Part shown: piece after piece, positions 49,700 through 56,815 of the stretch
Numbering within the stretch: the first letter of the stretch is position 1
Layout of the letters: every line of letters starts with the position of its first letter
Source: Priapulus caudatus
Taxonomy: Eukaryota
DNA length: 56,815 nt
Assembly: GCF_000485595.1 (NCBI RefSeq)
Contig: NW_014577064.1
Span: forward strand, 679,690-736,504
Direction of reading: 5' to 3'
Notes under the pieces: model-generated
The model's input: only the letters and a program-made list of their open reading frames with translations
Database searches by the model: none
Told to the model about the DNA's origin: nothing
Made by a program: the position numbers and the translations under genes

Positions 49700-50524
49700 A
49701 ACACTAATTGCCCGTAGGATTTTTCTGCAGTTTTCCCATTACCTGCGTTTAATGGTTAACGGCTCAAACATCTAATAATATACTCGCCTTGCTAACTTCG
49801 GCCCAGAAGTCTGGGGTCTCTTCCCTGCCGCGTAGCCGTGGAGGAATGTACCAGAAGCCCACGTGTGCACTGAAACTAAATAAGAAAAAGCGTAACTTAG
49901 TCGTAACAGAGTAAGTACGTTACTTAATAAATTCATGTTTTTCCCCTCATAGAGTTATGAAAAACTAGCAAGGTGTGCATATCCGGAGGACGTATACATT
50001 TTAATTAAAAGTGAATGTTATGTATACGCTATATGAAAACCCGCCTTTGCGTGCTTATGCTGACCTGAAGCTATATAAGACCCAATGTTTCGTAGATGGC
50101 GCCAAATGAAAAAAAACTCTCATTAAAGTAGGGTATTGTTAGACGAGTGCTCGGTACTGTGCCGTTCATACGAAATTATGTTTATTTGAAAATAAAATGC
50201 GGTCGATCAAGAAAGATGGAGCCTCGGCAGCATGAATAGCATTTCAAGAGGCAAAGGGTTGGCGTGCTGAGACCGCATGAACGCAGCGTGCGATCGGATA
50301 GCATGCAAGCTAGCTGCTTGCTACAAATACACACAGACAGTGAGACTTGCCGGTGGGCCTGTGCGCACTGCAGCTAAATAGGCCCACACAGCTACCTTGC
50401 AGTAAATGTGACGTGAGCGAGCATACCGCGTTGAGGCCGCATACACACACGGCACGCACGGCACGCACGCACGCCTGCTACACACACACACAACAACGGA
50501 CACCAAAGCACGCACACGCACGCA

Positions 50525-50557
<33 letters not shown>

Positions 50558-52628
50558 TGACACACACACACACCGCACACGCACACGCAACACACACGCA
50601 CACCGCACACGTCACACGCACACTGTGGCACACGCATCACTGCACACTGCACACGTCACACGCACACGCACACGCACACGCACAGCACACGCACACGCAC
50701 ACGCACACGCCACACGCACACGATCGCACACCACACGACACACACCACACACACCACGACACACATATATATATGTAACATGAAAATGCATGCAATCTTA
50801 CCGGATTTATACAATATACATCATTGGCGAAACTTAATTTTTGAGTCAACATCTACTTACCTTCGGCATAACTAGGCGGAACCATCTCGACATTCGCAGC
50901 TGGCCGCTAAGTACCTGTACAAAACGCAAACAGATATACTGCCTTAATCTGTCTACTAGACAGATTTCAAAAGAATCAAACGTCATTAGCTAGTTTGTGA
51001 AACTTGCTTCCCGCAACGTATTAGCTCTTGGTATTACCATCATTAAGATCCATGAAATCTCTGTGCGCTCCAAATACATTTACTCAACCGCACGCATGCC
51101 TAGTACGGGGATGGTTTGTATTTTGCAATGGAAATGTGTGTTGTGTGTGGGTTGTGCTGCGTGCGTCGCGTGCGTGCGGCGTGCGTGCGCTGCACGGCGT
51201 GTGTGGTGTGGTGGTGTGTGTGTGTGTGTGTGTGTGTGTGGTGCGTGCGTGCGTGGCGTGCGTCGCGTGCGCGTGTGTGTGTGCGAGTGTATGTTTGGTA
51301 CGCGCATGCAATGCGCCAGTGAGTAGCATTGCTCCAGTTTAATTTTCACGCAGACCTGTTGTGTTCCCGATACCCATGTCCATGTAATAACGTAGATGTG
51401 TAACGCATATTGCATGGGCTTCACAATATGACGCAATTGTATAGTCTCACGAATGAAAAGGGGAAAAGGCACAATAAGTCTTTATAATAGTCTATATCAA
51501 ACTAGTCTATATCAAACTAGTCTTATATCGACTAGCTATATTCAACTAGTCTATATCAACTAGTCTATATCAACGTCTTATCAACTAGTCTTATATCAAC
51601 TAGTCTATATCAACTAGTCTATATCAACTAGTCTATATCGACGCTAGCTGTTGCGATGCAGTGATTTGCAGAACATTGGGTCGGAACTTTTGTGCGGCAA
51701 CAAAAATTCTTAAAAAAGCCAATCAAGTGACAGAGAGAGCTAGTACAAGAGTACGATACGTAAGCGGTTCGCGCAGCACTCGCAAGCTCTGTTGTAAAGC
51801 TGCCGAGCAGTGATGGAGCGGAATTGCAACACGTCTGCTGACAGACGGGCTCAGCGAGCGGCCGTTTAACGGTAGGGCGATGGGCGCGGTCGAATAACTA
51901 TAATCGCGAAGGCGCACGCAGGTGACTTGCTGGATGTCGATGCTATCCACGGCACTTCGATGCCTTATCTAATAACAGACTCCATGACGAGCAGCTTGAA
52001 TGGACGCGGCACAAAACTATTCAGCAGGCTTGTTACACGCCGTCTCCGGTATACGCCTTCAGGGGCGAACACACGTCTTGCCAACAGAAATGCACGTGGT
52101 GGCAGGCCGCCGAGAATGTGCCTGGCGGCATTAGCGCATTAGGCGGAGGCTGATAATCATTAGTAGCGGCACCCGTCGTGAGGGAAGACCTTGAAGGTGA
52201 CGTCCAGGAATTCATCAGCGCCACTCCTCGTAACAGCCGGCGCGCAATCCTTCCACCCGCAGTAGAGGACGTTGCGTGTAATCGCCGGGAACTTTCGCTT
52301 TCCACTCAACGCTATATATTTAGAATTTCTCGTCACGCGTGGAACTACAAAGCAAACACTTTCGCGATCTGGCCATGGCGAGGCGGGGAAGGCGGCCGCC
52401 ATCCCCCCGCGACACACATTAAAATGCCGATTATTTTCTGTTGCGCATATTAACTCCCGAATCTCTTTTCTACGCGCACATGCTCGCCGACTGTGGATAG
52501 GCACTTCTGGAGCAGATTAGAGGTGGAGGCGCTGTCATCTTATATCACACGCGCTCACCTGAGTTGCATGCAAAATGTGTCCAGACAAATCCGGTCTGTC
52601 GAAAAGTCTCGCGGACCGGAAAATGCTT
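49700..52628 (-). pseudogene. Third partial copy of the decarboxylase locus (exons 50861-50914 and 49788-49875)
   Basis: Colinear with ~33240-36230 and indel-rich; begins shortly after an N gap and a CA-rich tract. Confidence 0.75.
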
Positions 52629-53651
52629 AATATATATATATACAATAAAAATCTAATTATTTTCAACGTTAAAGTACATCATCGTTAGCTTCATCCTGGC
52701 CACTCATTACTCATTGTAGGTTTCTGCGCGCAATTGATCTGGATCGCGACTATATAGAAATCCATCATCGAGCCATCTAACAGTGCTGACTGTTAATCAT
52801 GGTTGGAACTTGCGCCTCCCACCTAAGATTAAGGATATTATCCAGAGCACATTAAAATTACGCGCGTTATTATGCCAAGGCGACGGCTGATAACGCGTTA
52901 GGTATAGCCGGCTACGTTTAGCTCTTCTTCGCAAACGTTTTCCAAGTGCATGCTGCCGGACAGCCCGATATTCGCGTCAATAAATCAGCCAGGTCGAGTG
53001 CGTTCAAGGTCGTTCATTTACAACACTGACAACTGTTGATCAAGAACGAAACTGTTTCTAATGTTGTCCACCTAGAATTTGCCTCACTACATGTAAACAT
53101 CATTTGCGTGCGCTTGCGAAGTCTACAATAATAGATATCGCGTTGGTTCTTGTTAGACGTACAAGACAATTGTGGCGGACCGGTCGAGTTAAGCCCGCAG
53201 GCTATGGGAACGCGTCACGGAATCTCCATACATCACTTGGGTGTGTTCCACATATACACTAATTACTTGCACGAAGGTCGTCTATACATACTAGTAAAAC
53301 TAAAAGGATTTTCCACTGCGGTTCAGTAATTTACATAAATGCAGAAAATTATCAAATGTCGTAGCAAGTATACGCTCTTAATTAAGTACGCTCTTAATTA
53401 CCCACCAGCGCATTAAAAAGTAAAAGTTTGATAAATATCTGATCTACGCGGCAGCACTTGGAGCAGTCGGGCCCCCCGTTGCTGCAGGCGACGAATTGAG
53501 AGCGTAACCTATTGACATAGTTCCAAATACGGGCACGGTAACGGTATATAGGGAACGCTACACAAAGGCCAGAACGCCCTGCGCGTTTCTGCCGCCTGCG
53601 GCTTACTAAAGGCAAGTGGCCGCAATGTAGTTCAACTGGAACACCCATATG

Positions 53652-53659
53652 TATATAAA
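53652..53659 (+). promoter_or_regulatory. TATA box of chitin deacetylase-like paralogue D
   Basis: TATATAAAG 60 nt before the ATG at 53712, as in the intact gene. Confidence 0.7.
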
Positions 53660-53711
53660 GTGAGCGAAAGTGGTCACTCGTCAGTCTGAGTGCAGCCTCC
53701 GAAGTAGCAAC

Positions 53712-54269
53712 ATGAAGGTCCTCATCATTGCTCTGTGCGCTGTCGTGTATATGGGTAAGTAACTATCGACCAATAACGTAGAAACTTTATAAACGGCTGG
53801 TACATACTACATGTCGCTACTATAGACAACGCGATGGATGAGTAAATGCAGTGATGCACGTAAATGTGCTCTTATAGAACCTATATTAAAATAAAATTCC
53901 AATAAAAACTAATTTAAGAGTAATAACATATATAGTAATATATATGCAAATGAGCTGATTATTTATTTTATTTTACCACAGCCGCGGCCAGTCCGCTGGA
54001 AAAGCGTCTGGGAGTACCGATACAGGCAGAGGATGACTGCAACCCGAAGATCGGCGCCAAGAACTTCTCTACCGATGCCACCGATTGCCAGGTGTTCTAC
54101 ATCTGCGATCACGGATGGCCGAAGATCCGTCGTTGCCCAGGTGACACCATCTGGACACCAGAAGGTGCTGGTGTGGGTGGAGCCTCGTATCTGCACTCGT
54201 CGTTAACCGCAAAGTACTTGTCGGTGCATCTCTCCAAAGTTACACTTGCTCCAGAGGATCTTGACCCAG
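53712..54269 (+). pseudogene. Chitin deacetylase-like paralogue D: exons 1-2 (53712-53754, 53982-54269); exon 2 disrupted by a 74-bp inversion
   Basis: Exons are near-identical to the intact gene; 54164-54237 is the reverse complement of 23865-23938. Confidence 0.85.
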
Positions 54270-55027
54270 GTAACAAAAACTTGTTCTATTCGCAAAACGT
54301 TTCAATCGTCACTAGGATATAAATTTATTCACGAGTTTCTAGTATTTAATTGTTCGTGTGTTTCGCAACCAACAGCCGGATTAATATAAGTATTTATTTC
54401 ATATTATCTTGCAGGATAGATGATAAATATTTCAAAAATATTTTACGAGCAGATATTTATGCACAAGTGCGTATTAGCAGTGGCATGAGGGTACGAGGAG
54501 CGAAGAATAATCATGCTGTTTTCCATGTAGTGACTAAAGCTGTGGCTATGATGTAATGCTGGAGACTAAATGAACGCTGTGCTGTATATGTAAGGCTGTA
54601 ATTATGTGAATATCACACGATAGTGATCTATAGAAATATATTTGCGGTGTCAGTTTGCCGTGTAGCTTGTCATGCGCATTCTATGCGTAGCTACCATAGA
54701 ACAAGTGCTCTGTTTCGTATACTATGCAGTGACTACGATTTGACATATGCCGCCTAAAATTAAGCAGAGCAGTTGATGGCACGTACTGTCAAAAACCTGA
54801 TAGTATGTTACAGAGTGAGACAACAATGTCACTCGATAGTTACTAGACCTGCTCGAGCTCATTGACAAAAGCCGAGTGTAAAGAAAGTCTATAATAGAGC
54901 ACTAAGTAAGGAGGGCGAAGATATTTTCTAATATCATGACGTCTGACGGATTCCGAGTCAAAACAGTATATTCCAAACGAGCTATGATGATCGCAAAATT
55001 GAACTCAATTTTGAGCATCAATTGATT

Positions 55028-56797
55028 TAATGCCTCTCCATAGTGGGTTGCCCACCCATGGTATACGCGGCTGGATCAACACAGGTCGTGGAAGAAACGT
55101 GCTCCGCTGGTGCGTGGCGGCTCAATCGAGTTGGGGCGGCGGGTAGCTTGATGTTGAAGTAGCCAGCACAGGTTGGGGAGTGGGGCGCCAAGTGGAGGTG
55201 CGGCCAGCAAAGGTCGCACGTGAGACGCGCGTGGCAGAGTGCTGTCCTACGAGTCAGAGAACTTGACTGGCTCTCTTTCCCATGTACTGTGGCGATCAGC
55301 TGCTGTAGTGTCACTGGAGCGCCTGAGAAATTGCCTGCGTGTGCCCGTGCGTGCGGAATCGTGTTCGCGTTGGACGGGCGTCATTCAAGGAACTGTCTGC
55401 GCGCACGGAGCCTCGCATGTGTGACCGTAGCCTTGGGTGTTTGAGCGAGAGCCAACTCGTTGGTCACGAGGTTGAATGGCGCCGGAATTGTATGGCCTGA
55501 TGTTGTGCGCTGTAAATTTCGTCATGAGAGTTGTATCGTTGTGTGTGTGTTGCTAGAGTGAGCTGAAGTGAGGTGCGTCGGTTGGGCCCGTTGCTGCGCG
55601 TGCGCCGTATGAGCATTATATCGAGCTCCGTCAGAGAGTGCGCGCTGGTCGGCGATAGTGGAGTGACGAATTAGGTATCAAGCGCACAAATAAAGGCGAG
55701 CGGAAGAGCGTGAATAAGCCGAGCGAGAGGAAGTAGCGCGAGGAGGAGGAATGCAAAGTTCCAGAGGAACACGAGTGGGAGGGATGGCGCAGCCACAGTA
55801 GAGCTGGTTAATTCGAAGGTGTATGGCCACAGGGGAGGATCAATCTTGTCGGTAGGGTAGGAAGAATCCCATGTGAATCCATCATCCTTATGAGGTTAAC
55901 GAAGTCGCTTCCCTTGGTCTGCAGGTAAGCAGATCGCACTCCCTTGATGGCGCTGGCTGGGATGCCAGAGAACCTGTTGAACATGGCGCGCTGTCCGGCA
56001 TACTCAGCAGAGAGTTCGGCATCTGAAGCCTGGGCGCAGTACTCTGATGGCAACTGCTTACTGTAACCATTAAAAACATAGTTTAAGAATGTTTTGATTA
56101 ACATGAATAGATGATATAATCACGTAAGTCTTGAACGAGTATTTTGAAATGTTGTTGAAAATCTAAATTTTACATATGTATACATTACATTAAAACGAAA
56201 TACTGCCGCAGTTGGAAATATCTAACAGCAAGAAAGCATTACTTACGTGATAGAGAATGAGGCGATCTCATTTCCCTCGGCGTACATCGACTGGACTGCT
56301 GCGTAATCAGTGAACTGATGGCTTGTGAAGAAAGTTGCTGTTAACGGGCAACCATTGGGGCCCTTCGCGGTTCTCTTTGTCTCTGGGCATTCACCTTCTT
56401 GAGGATCTACAAGCAGTAATTTTAGGATAAGTTCTACTAGCGGGATAATTGGAAGAACAAGTTAGATTATTGCATTTTATTAAGAGCGCATTAAGAAGGC
56501 TCTTCTTAATACGCTCGTGATCTTACACATACCATCGTAACATATTCCGAGATTTCATTGGCATTACCTGCTGGAGAAGATGGTTGTAGTCCTCTACTCT
56601 CAGAGCACCATCCCATCCAATCATAACCAGCTGTGAATCTCATTTATCTGGCAGATTTCCTGGAGCGTCTGGCTACTGCACTTGCAGTCTGGCAGTCTGC
56701 AGGCGTTAGGTCACAGATCGGAGGCACAGCCTCTTCGTCCTCTCCATTGTTGGCAATCATAACTCCGTTGCACATGTTCTTGGGTCGTAACACGCAG
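55028..56797 (-). pseudogene. Chitin deacetylase-like copy E: exons 3-5 (56568-56797, 56247-56406, ~55028-56060)
   Basis: Reverse complement matches exons 3-5 with splice sites. There are scattered indels and the middle of exon 5 (~55200-55790) is garbled. Confidence 0.85.
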
Positions 56798-56815
56798 CTA
56801 GAAAATATTAATTCG

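Noticed and set aside
53394..53648. Cys-containing 84-aa minus-strand ORF
   Set aside because: No recognisable domain or convincing splice sites; it overlaps the CDA promoter region.

Overview
Eukaryotic, intron-rich, microsatellite-rich invertebrate DNA. The gene content suggests a chitin-cuticle animal, probably an ecdysozoan; I cannot identify the species. The assembly is draft quality, with three N gaps and several indel-riddled stretches. Three spliced genes can be read. (1) A + strand cuticlin-like ZP-domain gene (1330-4750) in which the end of one ZP module, a furin site (RRKR) and a hydrophobic patch appear to splice in frame into the start of a second ZP module. (2) An intact 5-exon, 512-aa secreted chitin deacetylase-like gene (23401-25941) with a signal peptide, CBM14, a truncated LDLa and a CE4 domain whose metal-binding residues are substituted. 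Four further partial copies pair up into two additional genes split by inversions. (3) The 3' seven exons of a - strand PLP-dependent acidic amino acid decarboxylase (CSAD/GADL1-like, 32046-40425), repeated as scrambled duplicates joined at microsatellites. The remainder contains a probable Helitron, a SINE, several MITEs and a set of ultra-short (28-33 bp) CA...TG hairpin insertions with 7-8 bp target-site duplications. Most ORFs in the supplied track are microsatellite artefacts.
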